This document shows, in pieces, positions 10,396 through 20,296 of a stretch of DNA of 64,000 nucleotides (position 1 is the first letter of the stretch; every line of letters starts with the position of its first letter). The stretch covers positions 1 through 64,000 of the forward strand of contig JBBIQV010000009.1 of the NCBI GenBank assembly GCA_037442105.1, read 5' to 3'. This DNA is from Nitrospiraceae bacterium (GTDB taxonomy: Bacteria; Nitrospirota; Nitrospiria; Nitrospirales; Nitrospiraceae). The notes below the pieces were generated by a model. It was not told where the DNA came from. It saw only the letters and a list, made by a program, of their open reading frames with translations, and did no database searches. The position numbers and the translations under genes are program-made.

Positions 10396-11073
10396 ATGGA
10401 CGGTGTGTTGGCTGCAGAGCGCAAAACCGGCAAAAAGGGTTTTCATCTCGCAAGACCGAACCGCGTCGTCGTGATGCTGCTGGCTGGGTTGACGGCGCTG
10501 GCGGGACTCGTCGGCCTCGCCCGTCCCGTCTATGCAGGAGCGGCGACCGATGCCGTCAAGTCCACCGTTGATGAAGTGCTTCGTATCGTTCAGGACAAGG
10601 ACTTAAAGCAGCCGGCTCGCGCAGATGAGCGACGGAAACTGTTGGAGAAAGTCGTCGGCGAACGGTTCAACTACGAAGAAATGTCGAAGCGAGCGCTCGG
10701 TGCGCCTTGGAATCAACTGAACGATCAAGAGAAACAAGAGTTTGTTCAACTGTTCCGGACGCTCCTGACCAATTCCTATGCCGACAAAGTCGAGGGCTAT
10801 TCCGGCGAAGGAGTGCAATACCTGAACGAACGGACCGAGAAAGACTATGCGGAGGTCCGCACGAAGGTGGTGTCGGGAAAAGCCGAGATTCCGTTAGACT
10901 ACCGCCTGCTCAACAAATCCGGCGATTGGCGGGTCTATGACGTGGTGGTCGATGGTGTCAGTCTGGTCAACAACTACCGTGGGCAGTTTGCCAAAATACT
11001 CCGCTCCTCTTCATACGCCGATCTGGTTGAGCAGCTCCGCAAGAAGTCCGACAAGATCAAAACCGCGTCGTAA
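10396..11073 (+). CDS. mlaC: MlaC/Ttg2D (HpnM-like) periplasmic lipid carrier
   Basis: Signal peptide and WRVYDVVVDGVSLVNNYRGQF signature. Start uncertain (10369 or 10396). Confidence 0.9.
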   Translation: MDGVLAAERKTGKKGFHLARPNRVVVMLLAGLTALAGLVGLARPVYAGAATDAVKSTVDEVLRIVQDKDLKQPARADERRKLLEKVVGERFNYEEMSKRALGAPWNQLNDQEKQEFVQLFRTLLTNSYADKVEGYSGEGVQYLNERTEKDYAEVRTKVVSGKAEIPLDYRLLNKSGDWRVYDVVVDGVSLVNNYRGQFAKILRSSSYADLVEQLRKKSDKIKTAS

Positions 11074-11090
11074 GCCGCCGGCTGCGCACC

Positions 11091-12296
11091 ATGCACCCCG
11101 CGCGCCACCTCCCCTCCCTGATCATGCTCGTGCTCGGATCATGCACGGCGCTCTTCTTTGATCGATCATCGCTGGCGGAGACGCAATACTTCCCGATTCC
11201 CTCGGTTTCGACGTCAAAAAATGACGGCAATGACGCCGGCCTTATCGCTCCCATCCTCATTACCGAACCGGATGGCGAGCTGAAGTACATTGTGGCACCG
11301 ATGTTCATCGTCAACTCGTTTGTCGGTCCGCGGGCGACGTTGAACTTGTTCCGGTACGAGCCTGGGGGTCGTGAGTTGCGATTCATCGGTTCCTATTCCG
11401 AGAAGATCGAGCGCAAGCTGGTCTTTAGTTACATCGATCCCGCCTTCAGCAATGGGCGATATTCGCTGAGTGTCGGCGGGGCATTCTTCAAGAACGCCAC
11501 ATCGCGATTCTTCGGGCTGGGGCAGACCACGATCGAGTCGGACCAGACTAACTACACGGCCCGAGAGATCCGGGCGAACTGGAAGTTCGGCCTATACGCG
11601 AACGAGGTCACGCAGATCGCCGTGGGTCAACGGTATCGCGAAATGGAAGTTCAGCGCGGTGTGGTGACAACATTCCCCTTTGCAGTCCAACAGTTCCCGA
11701 CCGTCGATGGTATGGGGGGCGCGGCGGTCGTCGGGCATCGCGTCACGTTTCACTACGATACCCGTGACAACCTTGTCACACCGACCGACGGCATGCAGGT
11801 GACAGCGTATGCCGAGCTCAACCAAAATCTGAGAAACCAGGCTCACCCGATCTACTCTCGGTATGAATTAGAGGTCAAAAAGCTCTTTCCCAGTGAATCC
11901 AAGCGGGCCATTCTGGTCGTACGCGCAGACCTTCAAGCGACCATCGGCACTCAGGTGCCGTTCTACGAGCAGAGTTCTCTGGGTGGGCAGAACAATCTCA
12001 GGGGATTTGGCGTGGATCGGTATATCGACAAACATCTTATTGCAGCCAGCGTGGAGGAACGGATTCACGTCATGCGCGCGAAGATCGCCGGGACAACCGC
12101 TGATTTTGAGGTCGCTCCATTTATCGACACGGGTCAGGTATTCAACAACTACCGGGATGTCAGTTTCAAAGACTACCGGATAACCCCCGGCATAGGATTT
12201 CGAGGACTCGTTCGGCCGAATGTGGTGGGCCGTGTGGACTATGGTTTTAGCCGAGAAGGTGGCGCGGTCTTCGCAGGGTTGGATTTCCCGTACTGA
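11091..12296 (+). CDS. BamA/TamA (Omp85)-like outer-membrane beta-barrel without POTRA domains
   Basis: Signal peptide, YDTRDN, LGGQNNLRGF (Omp85 VRGF-like loop) and an aromatic C-terminal strand. Confidence 0.75.
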   Translation: MHPARHLPSLIMLVLGSCTALFFDRSSLAETQYFPIPSVSTSKNDGNDAGLIAPILITEPDGELKYIVAPMFIVNSFVGPRATLNLFRYEPGGRELRFIGSYSEKIERKLVFSYIDPAFSNGRYSLSVGGAFFKNATSRFFGLGQTTIESDQTNYTAREIRANWKFGLYANEVTQIAVGQRYREMEVQRGVVTTFPFAVQQFPTVDGMGGAAVVGHRVTFHYDTRDNLVTPTDGMQVTAYAELNQNLRNQAHPIYSRYELEVKKLFPSESKRAILVVRADLQATIGTQVPFYEQSSLGGQNNLRGFGVDRYIDKHLIAASVEERIHVMRAKIAGTTADFEVAPFIDTGQVFNNYRDVSFKDYRITPGIGFRGLVRPNVVGRVDYGFSREGGAVFAGLDFPY

Positions 12297-12318
12297 ACGT
12301 CGAGAGAAGTCGCCGCCG

Positions 12319-13323
12319 GTGCAACTAATTGGCTGGCTCGTATACTTGCTTCCGGCCATGGGGTGCTGGATATGGCCCGGTATGAGCTTCGCCGACGGAT
12401 TCGGGCCGTTCCCGGTGCGAAATTTTCAACCTACTCAGCTCCTGTTTCTTGGGATGCCGGGAGATCGCGCGACCGTTTTGAAACGAGGGACTCTCGATGT
12501 TCGCATAGAGCTGGCGGATACAAGTACGGTCTTCAACGAGAAGAATCCTCAATCTAGCGCGGTGATGAAGTTGGAAACGCTCCGGTCCGGGTTGTTTCTG
12601 CGCTATGGATTGACCGACCGTCTAGAGGTTGCGATGGAGGTGCCGGCGCTATACCGGTTTCGGGGAACTCTGGAAGGGGTCATCACCATGACAGAGAGGG
12701 CTACCACGGGACTGGCGCCGGTGCGGAAGGCTCTGCAACAGACGGGGTACGCCTACACGGTCTCGCAAGGCGGCAACACGTTGTTCCGTGGGGGGCAAGA
12801 CCAACTGGGGCTGGGGGACATGTCATTCACGAGCAAGTACCAACTGGTGCGGCAGAGCGAGACTCTGCCGGCTATCTCGATGAGGGTCGCTGTGAAGGCG
12901 CCCACCGGGGATGCGAGTCGGGTATTCGGGAGCGGGCACCCGGACGTCGGAGTGGGGCTCGCGATCGAGAAGACGTTTGCATCTCGATGGATCGTTTATG
13001 TCAATGCCAATGAAATGTTTCCGACCGGGCAGGTGGCCGGCTTGCATCCTCAACCGGTTTTTTCTTCCGTGACAGCGCTGGAGTATCTCTGGTCCGATCA
13101 TGTGTCTTTCACAGCGCAGTTCGATTACTACTCGTCGGCCTTTCACGGAACCGGGATCAGGGTTCTGGACCGAGGGGTGACAGAATTAGTTGCGGGGTTT
13201 AGCTATCGGCTGAGGCCGAACCTTCTGTGGCAGGTCTACGGCGTCGAGAACGTAGATTTCATTACCGGCGGCGCGGCCGATTTTACCCTCTCCACGGTGG
13301 TGATGTATCGATTTGAATCGTGA
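12319..13323 (+). CDS. Putative outer-membrane beta-barrel (DUF3187-like)
   Basis: Signal peptide, GLGD...KAPTGD...GSG motifs and a C-terminal amphipathic strand (YRF). Start uncertain. Confidence 0.6.
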   Translation: MQLIGWLVYLLPAMGCWIWPGMSFADGFGPFPVRNFQPTQLLFLGMPGDRATVLKRGTLDVRIELADTSTVFNEKNPQSSAVMKLETLRSGLFLRYGLTDRLEVAMEVPALYRFRGTLEGVITMTERATTGLAPVRKALQQTGYAYTVSQGGNTLFRGGQDQLGLGDMSFTSKYQLVRQSETLPAISMRVAVKAPTGDASRVFGSGHPDVGVGLAIEKTFASRWIVYVNANEMFPTGQVAGLHPQPVFSSVTALEYLWSDHVSFTAQFDYYSSAFHGTGIRVLDRGVTELVAGFSYRLRPNLLWQVYGVENVDFITGGAADFTLSTVVMYRFES

Positions 13324-13482
13324 GACGCAGCGCTCAGGTGGGCTAACCGCTTGACAGATCAAGGACTCTGTGTGAGACTGTGCGCGGCTTACGAAGAGCT
13401 AGCCTCGTCTTGCTGCATGTGACGTCCCTATCCGGTTTCTTTCCCTTGCGCTAAGGGACCATTCTCGACAAAGGAGAGCACG

Positions 13483-15429
13483 ATGTCGTTGTTAAAGACG
13501 ATTCATAGCCCCGCTGATCTCAAGCGGTTGCCACCGACTCGGTTTCCAGAGCTGTGTCAGGAGATCCGGGAACTCATTATCAGCGTCGTATCGAAGGTCG
13601 GCGGGCACCTCGCCTCTAACCTGGGGGTTGTGGAGCTGACCGTGGCGCTGCACTATCTGCTGGATACGCCCAAAGACAAAATCGTGTGGGATACGAGCAA
13701 TCAGGCCTATGCGCATAAGTTGCTCACCGGTCGCCGGGAACAGTTCCATACGCTGCGGCAGTACGGAGGATTGAGCGGGTTCTGTAAGCGTGAGGAGAGC
13801 GTGTACGACACGTTCAATGCGGGTCATGCGGGCACCGGGGTCTCCGCCGCGTTCGGGATGGTCGAAGCACGCGAGCGGCTTGGCCAGAAGCATAAAGTCG
13901 CCTGCGTCGTCGGGGACGGAGCCATGACTGCCGGGATGACGCTCGAGGGACTACACCACGCCGGTGGGCTCGGGAAGGACTTTCTGGTCGTCCTGAACGA
14001 CAACCAGATGTCGATTTCTAAAAATGTCGGCGCCATTTCGGCCTATCTGAATCGGACCTTTACTGGAGAATTCTATGCCCGTATGAGGGAAGAAACGGGA
14101 TATCTGCTCAGCAAGATTCCTCACATCGGGCAGGATATGAAGAAGCTGGCTCATCGGGCGGAAGAGTTGGCGAAAGGGGTGATTCTACCGGGGCTGCTCT
14201 TCGAAGAGCTTGGCTTCAAGTACGTCGGTCCCATCGACGGCCATAACTTCGAGCACCTGCTCCCCACGCTTGAGAACGTCCTCAAGCTGAAGGGACCGGT
14301 GCTGCTCCATGTAATTACGAAGAAAGGATTGGGGTACGAGCCGGCTGTGAAGAATCCGGTCTGGTTCCACGCCTGCCCGGCCTTCGTGCGAGAGACCGGG
14401 GTGGTGGCTAAGAAACCTGCGCGCCCGAGCTACACGGCTATTGCGATGGATACCTTGGTGAAGTTGGCGAGGAAGGATAAACGGATCGTGGCCATTACCG
14501 CCGCGATGGGGGAGGGCACAGGCTTGACGGCGTTCGAGAAGGAATTCCCCGACCGCTTGTACGATGTGGGGATTGCGGAGCAGCACGCCGTGACCTTCGC
14601 GGCGGGGTTGGCCGCGCAAGGGATACGACCGGTCGTGGCGATGTACTCCACCTTCTTGCAGCGGGCCTATGACCAGGTGGTGCACGATGTCGCTACGCAA
14701 AATCTGCCGGTCACCTTCTGCATCGATCGCGGGGGGTTGGTTGCGGAAGACGGGACGACGCACCACGGGGCATTCGACTTCGCCTACTTGCGCCATGTTC
14801 CCAACATGGTGCTGATGGCGCCGAAGGACGAAAATGAGCTACAGCACATGATGAAGACATGCCTCACTTACGATGGACCGGTGTCCGTACGCTATGCCCG
14901 TGGGGTGAGTCTCGGCGTTCGGATGGATGCGGAACCAGTGGCTCTGCCTGTAGGCAAGGGAGAGATTCTGCGTGAGGGGACGGATGTGGCCATTGTGGCT
15001 ATCGGCGTCCCTGTGTGGCAGGCAGTGCAAGCGGCGGAGCGGCTGGCAGGCGAAGGAATTTCTACGGCAGTGGTGAATGCCCGGTTTGCGAAGCCTCTGG
15101 ATGCGGACCTGCTCACCACCATAGCCAAGCAAGTACGATATCTTGTGACGGTGGAAGAGGGATCGAAGATGGGCGGGTTCGGCTCAGCGGTGCTCGAGGT
15201 GCTATCCGAAGCCGGCATCAGCCATCTTTCCACGAAACTGGTCGGGCTGCCGGACTGGTATATCGAGCAGGGGCCACAGGATCTGCTACGCGAAAAGTAC
15301 GGTCTGACCGCCGAGGGGATTTATCAAAGCGTCAAGGAACTCCTTGGAAAGGATTCGTCGGTCTCCGCTGGATTCCCCTTTGCTTCGATGACCGATCTCT
15401 TGCCACATGGTGATGAGCAAGGGAGCTAA
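13483..15429 (+). CDS. dxs: 1-deoxy-D-xylulose-5-phosphate synthase
   Basis: GGHLASNLGVVELT, GDGAMTAG..LNDN TPP motif, IAEQHAV and DRGGLVAEDGTTH. Confidence 0.97.
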   Translation: MSLLKTIHSPADLKRLPPTRFPELCQEIRELIISVVSKVGGHLASNLGVVELTVALHYLLDTPKDKIVWDTSNQAYAHKLLTGRREQFHTLRQYGGLSGFCKREESVYDTFNAGHAGTGVSAAFGMVEARERLGQKHKVACVVGDGAMTAGMTLEGLHHAGGLGKDFLVVLNDNQMSISKNVGAISAYLNRTFTGEFYARMREETGYLLSKIPHIGQDMKKLAHRAEELAKGVILPGLLFEELGFKYVGPIDGHNFEHLLPTLENVLKLKGPVLLHVITKKGLGYEPAVKNPVWFHACPAFVRETGVVAKKPARPSYTAIAMDTLVKLARKDKRIVAITAAMGEGTGLTAFEKEFPDRLYDVGIAEQHAVTFAAGLAAQGIRPVVAMYSTFLQRAYDQVVHDVATQNLPVTFCIDRGGLVAEDGTTHHGAFDFAYLRHVPNMVLMAPKDENELQHMMKTCLTYDGPVSVRYARGVSLGVRMDAEPVALPVGKGEILREGTDVAIVAIGVPVWQAVQAAERLAGEGISTAVVNARFAKPLDADLLTTIAKQVRYLVTVEEGSKMGGFGSAVLEVLSEAGISHLSTKLVGLPDWYIEQGPQDLLREKYGLTAEGIYQSVKELLGKDSSVSAGFPFASMTDLLPHGDEQGS

Positions 15430-15482
15430 GCCAATGCAAAATGAAAAAGTAAAAGGGCAAAAGTAGCGAATACGCGGGCGCC

Positions 15483-16673
15483 ATGCACATTACGCGCAGG
15501 AAAACGAGGCAGATCAAGGTCGGGAGGGTCAAGGTCGGCGGCGATGCGCCGGTATCGGTCCAGTCCATGTGCTCGACCGACACGCGGGATGTCTCGGCCA
15601 CCGTTGAGCAGATCCGCCAACTCGAGGCCGTAGGCTGCGAGATCATCCGCGTTGCGGTTCCTGATGATGAAGCTGCTGCTGCCTTGCCCAAGATCAAATC
15701 GCAGATGACTGTGCCGTTGATTGCCGATATTCACTTCGATCACCGTTTGGCGCTGAAGGCCGCTGAAGTCGTGGATTGCGTGCGGATCAATCCGGGCAAC
15801 ATCGGGGCATGGTGGAAAGTGACTGAAGTAATCAAGGCCGTCAACGACCGAGGAATTCCGCTGCGAGTCGGCGTGAACGGCGGGTCGCTCGAGCGCCCGC
15901 TGTTGGAGAAATATGGATGGCCGTCACCGGAGGCACTGGCCGAGTCGGCCTTGAACGCGGTGCATGCGCTGGAAGATGTCGGTTTTACGAACATGAAGGT
16001 CTCTCTGAAAGCTTCAGATGTGCACCATGCGATCGATGCCTACTGGCTCTTCTCGCGGCAGTCCGATTATCCGTTGCACATCGGCATCACCGAAGCCGGT
16101 ACTGCGATGACCGGGGCCGTAAAATCGGCTATCGGGCTTGGCTGGCTGCTGTCTCAGGGAATCGGAGACACGCTCAGAGTGTCGTTGGCTGCCGATCCGG
16201 TGGAAGAAGTGAGAGTCGGTTTTGAAATCTTGAAATCGTTGGAGCTGCGGCATCGTGGCATCAACGTCATCGCCTGCCCAACCTGCGGCCGAGTCGAAAT
16301 CGATGTGGTTCGCATGGCCAACGAATTAGAGAAGAAACTTGGCCATATCAAAACGCCGCTCAATGTATCGGTGCTCGGATGTGTGGTGAACGGAATCGGC
16401 GAGGGGAAAGAAGCGGATATCGGGATTGCGGGAGGCGAGGGGAAAGGCATTCTGTTCAAGAAAGGCAAATTGGTCCGCAAGGTCCCGATAGCCGAACTGA
16501 TGGAGGCACTGACTCAGGAAGTCGAACTTCTCGCCAAGGAAAAAGAGGCCGAGGGAGCCACTGAATCCGAAGGAACGAGTCAGGCAGATAATGGCTGGGA
16601 GCCGCTCCTGCCTACATCCGACCAACCATCGACTCTCGGGAAAGACATCCCTGTTCTCTCAAACAAACGGTAA
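15483..16673 (+). CDS. ispG: (E)-4-hydroxy-3-methylbut-2-enyl-diphosphate synthase (GcpE)
   Basis: SVQSM, ADIHF, RINPGNIG, CPTCGR and GCVVNGIGE. Confidence 0.97.
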   Translation: MHITRRKTRQIKVGRVKVGGDAPVSVQSMCSTDTRDVSATVEQIRQLEAVGCEIIRVAVPDDEAAAALPKIKSQMTVPLIADIHFDHRLALKAAEVVDCVRINPGNIGAWWKVTEVIKAVNDRGIPLRVGVNGGSLERPLLEKYGWPSPEALAESALNAVHALEDVGFTNMKVSLKASDVHHAIDAYWLFSRQSDYPLHIGITEAGTAMTGAVKSAIGLGWLLSQGIGDTLRVSLAADPVEEVRVGFEILKSLELRHRGINVIACPTCGRVEIDVVRMANELEKKLGHIKTPLNVSVLGCVVNGIGEGKEADIGIAGGEGKGILFKKGKLVRKVPIAELMEALTQEVELLAKEKEAEGATESEGTSQADNGWEPLLPTSDQPSTLGKDIPVLSNKR

Positions 16674-16729
16674 GTTCCATTCCTTGCCTCTAGCCTCTTA
16701 CCCCTTGCCCAGAATATAATGCCCGCCGG

Positions 16730-16805
16730 GGCGCCGTACCCAAGTGGCTAAGGGAGCAGTCTGCAAAACTGCGATGCAGCGGTTCGAACCCGCTCGGCGC
16801 CTCCA
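16730..16805 (+). tRNA. tRNA-Cys (GCA)
   Basis: Acceptor GGCGCCG/CGGCGCC, anticodon arm GCAGT-CTGCAAA-ACTGC, TTCGAAC T-loop and encoded CCA. TATAAT at 16715-16720. Confidence 0.95.
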
Positions 16806-17118
16806 TACCCTGCCTGCCCCGACCGATGTCCTCTTTATTCTCTTAGCGTAATGAAGGCCATCGGATAAACCCTCAAGTGAACTTCTTGCTAGATCGGCTT
16901 GCGCGACCGGGCGCTTTTGCGAATGATGCGCCCGGATACGCTCCTCCAGGAAATCTTACATGCATTGGGTCGCTTAACTCTGCGGGTCCCAGCCTCAACA
17001 ATTGACGATCTCAGAAGGCGGGTGCTAGAATCCGCGTCACACGAGCCTCCGGTTGCGGCTGGAATTCTCAGCCGGTCAGCATATATCACGACAATCTCAC
17101 TAGCAGAAGGAGTCAGGG

Positions 17119-18135
17119 ATGGCTGTTCCAGTCTCCCAAATGTATACAGTTGCCACGTACGTGCTCGCACAGAAGTTTCGGGGCGTGAAGCGCTATCCGC
17201 TGGTGTTGATGCTCGAGCCGCTGTTTCGATGTAACCTGGCCTGTGCGGGCTGCGGGAAGATTCAGTATCCCGATCATGTGCTCGATAAACGTCTCTTACC
17301 CGAGCAATGCTGGGCGGCGGCCGACGAGTGCGGCGCGCCGATCGTCAGCATTCCCGGTGGGGAGCCGTTGATCCATCCGGAGATGCCGCAGATCGTTCGC
17401 GGGCTTGTAGCGCGGAAGAAGTATGTCTATCTCTGTACCAACGCGATTCTGTTGGAACGCAAGTTGGACGAGTACACACCCTCCAAGTTCTTGACGTTCA
17501 GCATCCATATGGACGGGTTACGCGACGAGCATGACATGGCTGTCTGCCGGGACGGGGTGTATGACACAGCGGTGAAGGCCATCAAATCGGCCCTAAAGCG
17601 CGGCCACCGGGTCACTACGAACACGACGCTGTTTGATGACGCCAATCCGGAGCGTGTGCGCTGTTTCTTCGACGAAATGATGCAGCTCGGGGTCGAAGGG
17701 ATGATGATTTCACCGGGGTACAGCTACCAGAAGGCGCCCGATCAGCAGCACTTCTTAAAGCGCGCTCGGACGCGCGAGCTGTTTTCAAAAATCCTCAGCC
17801 GCCCCAAACGGGGTTGGCAGTTCAACCAGTCGCCGCTATTCCTCGACTTCCTGATGGGGCGGCGGGAATATCAGTGCACGCCGTGGGGCAATCCCACCTA
17901 TAACGTTTTCGGGTGGCAGAAGCCCTGTTATCTTCTGCAAGACGGATATGCGAAGACGTTCCGTGAGTTGATGGAGACGACCGACTGGGAGCGGTATGGC
18001 AACGGCCGGAACGAAAAATGCGCCGACTGCATGGTGCATTGCGGGTATGAGGCATCGGCGGTCGAAGATACATTCGGTAGCGTCTCCGGATTTGCGCGGA
18101 CTGCCAAGCTGACGTTACTCCCGACTTCGCGATAA
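17119..18135 (+). CDS. hpnH: Adenosyl-hopene transferase, radical SAM
   Basis: LEPLFRCNLACAGCGKI, CTPWGNPT and CADCMVHCGYE. Hopanoid gene context. Confidence 0.95.
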   Translation: MAVPVSQMYTVATYVLAQKFRGVKRYPLVLMLEPLFRCNLACAGCGKIQYPDHVLDKRLLPEQCWAAADECGAPIVSIPGGEPLIHPEMPQIVRGLVARKKYVYLCTNAILLERKLDEYTPSKFLTFSIHMDGLRDEHDMAVCRDGVYDTAVKAIKSALKRGHRVTTNTTLFDDANPERVRCFFDEMMQLGVEGMMISPGYSYQKAPDQQHFLKRARTRELFSKILSRPKRGWQFNQSPLFLDFLMGRREYQCTPWGNPTYNVFGWQKPCYLLQDGYAKTFRELMETTDWERYGNGRNEKCADCMVHCGYEASAVEDTFGSVSGFARTAKLTLLPTSR

Positions 18136-18224
18136 ATGCCGTCAGGCGTCAAGCGTCATCCGAGAGAACTTACCAGATAATTCACGATTGACGGTTGTCG
18201 ATCGACGAATGACGAGTTTCTGGC

Positions 18225-18617
18225 ATGACCGACACAAAAAACCATGCGGCTGGTGGCGCCGGCTCGCTCGAAGGGCGGGTCTTCCGTCCGGCGAATCTGG
18301 CGGAGGCTGCCGATATAGTCGAACTTGCGTTTGACTATCGTGGGGATGTGACGCTCAATCTAAAATCAGGACAGCGTCTGGTCGGCTATGTGTTCAACCG
18401 AAATGCTCGTGGGACGAATCCCTGCCTCGAACTCTTTCCCCAAGATCAACCCGGCACGGTCACCGTGTCTTATGCCGATATCGAGGCCATCTCCTTTAGC
18501 GGAAAGGACACTGCGTCCGGCCAGTCATGGGAAGCCTGGGCGGCCAAGAAGGAATCGGAGCGTCGCGCTGAAGCCGAACGAGTTGCGGCTGAGGCGAAGG
18601 CGCGAGGACACTTGTAG
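18225..18617 (+). CDS. Hypothetical protein
   Basis: Clean 130-aa ORF co-directional with hpnH. No recognisable motif. Confidence 0.7.
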   Translation: MTDTKNHAAGGAGSLEGRVFRPANLAEAADIVELAFDYRGDVTLNLKSGQRLVGYVFNRNARGTNPCLELFPQDQPGTVTVSYADIEAISFSGKDTASGQSWEAWAAKKESERRAEAERVAAEAKARGHL

Positions 18618-18766
18618 CGCGCCCGGATAAAGCACTTCTCCGTTCCCATCCATCCCGACACATCCCGTTTCTCTCCTTCCGTTACACGCGAGCCTGCTTC
18701 GGAAAGTCAGACCCCAATCGTTTGAAATGTGATGAGTCTCTATGCCATGAATGCGCTTCCTCGTTA

Positions 18767-18795
18767 TTGACAAAGCAGAACCTGTATGCTAAATG
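18767..18795 (+). promoter_or_regulatory. Putative sigma70 promoter upstream of the respiratory cluster
   Basis: TTGACA-17 bp-TAAATG with an extended TG. Confidence 0.45.
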
Positions 18796-18896
18796 TTTCC
18801 GCCTCAAAATCGGGCATGCCCAGTGTTGATGAGGCTTTTCGTTGCCGGGCATCAATGCCGTGCTCGACAAGGGGAAGACCGAATGGACATGGGTGA

Positions 18897-19442
18897 ATGG
18901 GGCAGCGAGGGAGAGCAACGGGAAGGTCGAACGCGCTCTGGAGAATCAGCTCTGTCGCGCTAGGCGTGTGGGCGATCTCATCTCCTTCTGTACTCCATGC
19001 CACGCATGAAGCTGATCATCGGTTCACTGTGCAAGGCTTCGTGTGCGGAAAGGATGGAAGGCCTGCTCCGAACGTCGAGGTTTTGGTTAAGGACACACGG
19101 GTTTCAGTTGGCCAGACCAGCTCGACGGACGAGGATGGGTACTACAAAGTTACCCTCCACCTTCATAACGATAATGTAGGCGATCCCCTTCTGGTTGCCG
19201 CAGGAGGCGAAGAACAACATCGAAAGGTAGCGTTCGATCCCAACGATCTTGAGACTGAACGAAGGGTTCAGGTCAACTTCGGGAGCGGCTGCGAGCACGA
19301 ACTTGGTACTCCTCGGTGGGTCTATTACGGGTTAGGTGGAGGCGTTCTTGCGATCGGCGGCTTGGTCGGTTTCAAGGTACTTCGCTCTTGGCAGAAGCAG
19401 CAGGGCAAACGAGGAAAACGGCAGGGGAAAGGGAAGAAATAG
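18897..19442 (+). CDS. Exported, C-terminally anchored protein (carboxypeptidase-regulatory/transthyretin-like beta-sandwich)
   Basis: Signal peptide, TDEDGYY motif, C-terminal TM helix with a basic tail, and His motifs THEADH and LHLH. Confidence 0.65.
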   Translation: MGQRGRATGRSNALWRISSVALGVWAISSPSVLHATHEADHRFTVQGFVCGKDGRPAPNVEVLVKDTRVSVGQTSSTDEDGYYKVTLHLHNDNVGDPLLVAAGGEEQHRKVAFDPNDLETERRVQVNFGSGCEHELGTPRWVYYGLGGGVLAIGGLVGFKVLRSWQKQQGKRGKRQGKGKK

Positions 19443-19655
19443 AAAGCGGTCCGTGGGGCGTTTCAGTACCTCGCCGGATCGGGTGTCGGGACAAGGCGGG
19501 GGAAATACGCACGTGACCTCGATGGACTCGTAAGTCATGGCGCTTTTGCTGAGGCTGACTAGAACCTCGGTAAAGGCGTTTTTTTCTGTCATCCCTGGGA
19601 TCGGGAAGGTGTATGGGCATCGGATTCCCAGGAAGAAAGGAGTGGGTGATTATCT

Positions 19656-20231
19656 ATGAAGCGCAATGGGTGGATGCATCTTGGACTCTTGATTGGTATG
19701 GCGGGATTCGGGCTGGTCGTATCTGGGTGCGGTGAAGCAGGCGAAGGACCGATTGTGCCGCCTCCGCCGGCTCCTGCCGAGTACGCCGATAAACATATGC
19801 CGGCCGGGTGGTGGGCCGACCAAAAGATGATCGATGAAGGCCGCTCGATCTACATCGGCGAGAAGAATCCGGATGTGAACTGCGCCAGTTGTCATGGGAA
19901 AGACGGCAAGCCGGTCAAGGCTGGAGCACGGGACTTTCGCAATACAGAGCGTATGAAGCTCTACGCCGATTCTGTGTGGTTCTGGCGCATCTCGGAGGGA
20001 GTTCCCAACACCAAGATGAAAGCCTGGAAGACCAAGCTTTCTGAGGAAGACCGTTGGAAAGTGATGGCTTTCGAGCGGACCTTCGGCTTGGCAGGAAAAG
20101 GCTGGGATCCGGCGAAGAACGCGTGGGTCGATGCTGCGAGCATTGCAGCGGCTCCCGTTGCGGCAGCTCCGGCTCCCGCTGCCGATGGCGCAGCGCCGGC
20201 GGCGCCTGCAGTTCCAGCGGCCGGGAAGTGA
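19656..20231 (+). CDS. Monoheme cytochrome c lipoprotein
   Basis: Lipobox VSGC, CASCH and an Ala/Pro-rich tail. Confidence 0.9.
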   Translation: MKRNGWMHLGLLIGMAGFGLVVSGCGEAGEGPIVPPPPAPAEYADKHMPAGWWADQKMIDEGRSIYIGEKNPDVNCASCHGKDGKPVKAGARDFRNTERMKLYADSVWFWRISEGVPNTKMKAWKTKLSEEDRWKVMAFERTFGLAGKGWDPAKNAWVDAASIAAAPVAAAPAPAADGAAPAAPAVPAAGK

Positions 20232-20296
20232 AGCTATTTGAGATTTTCCTTGTGACATTTTGAATCGGGCTCGGGGAGGAGGGGCGGCGAGACATC

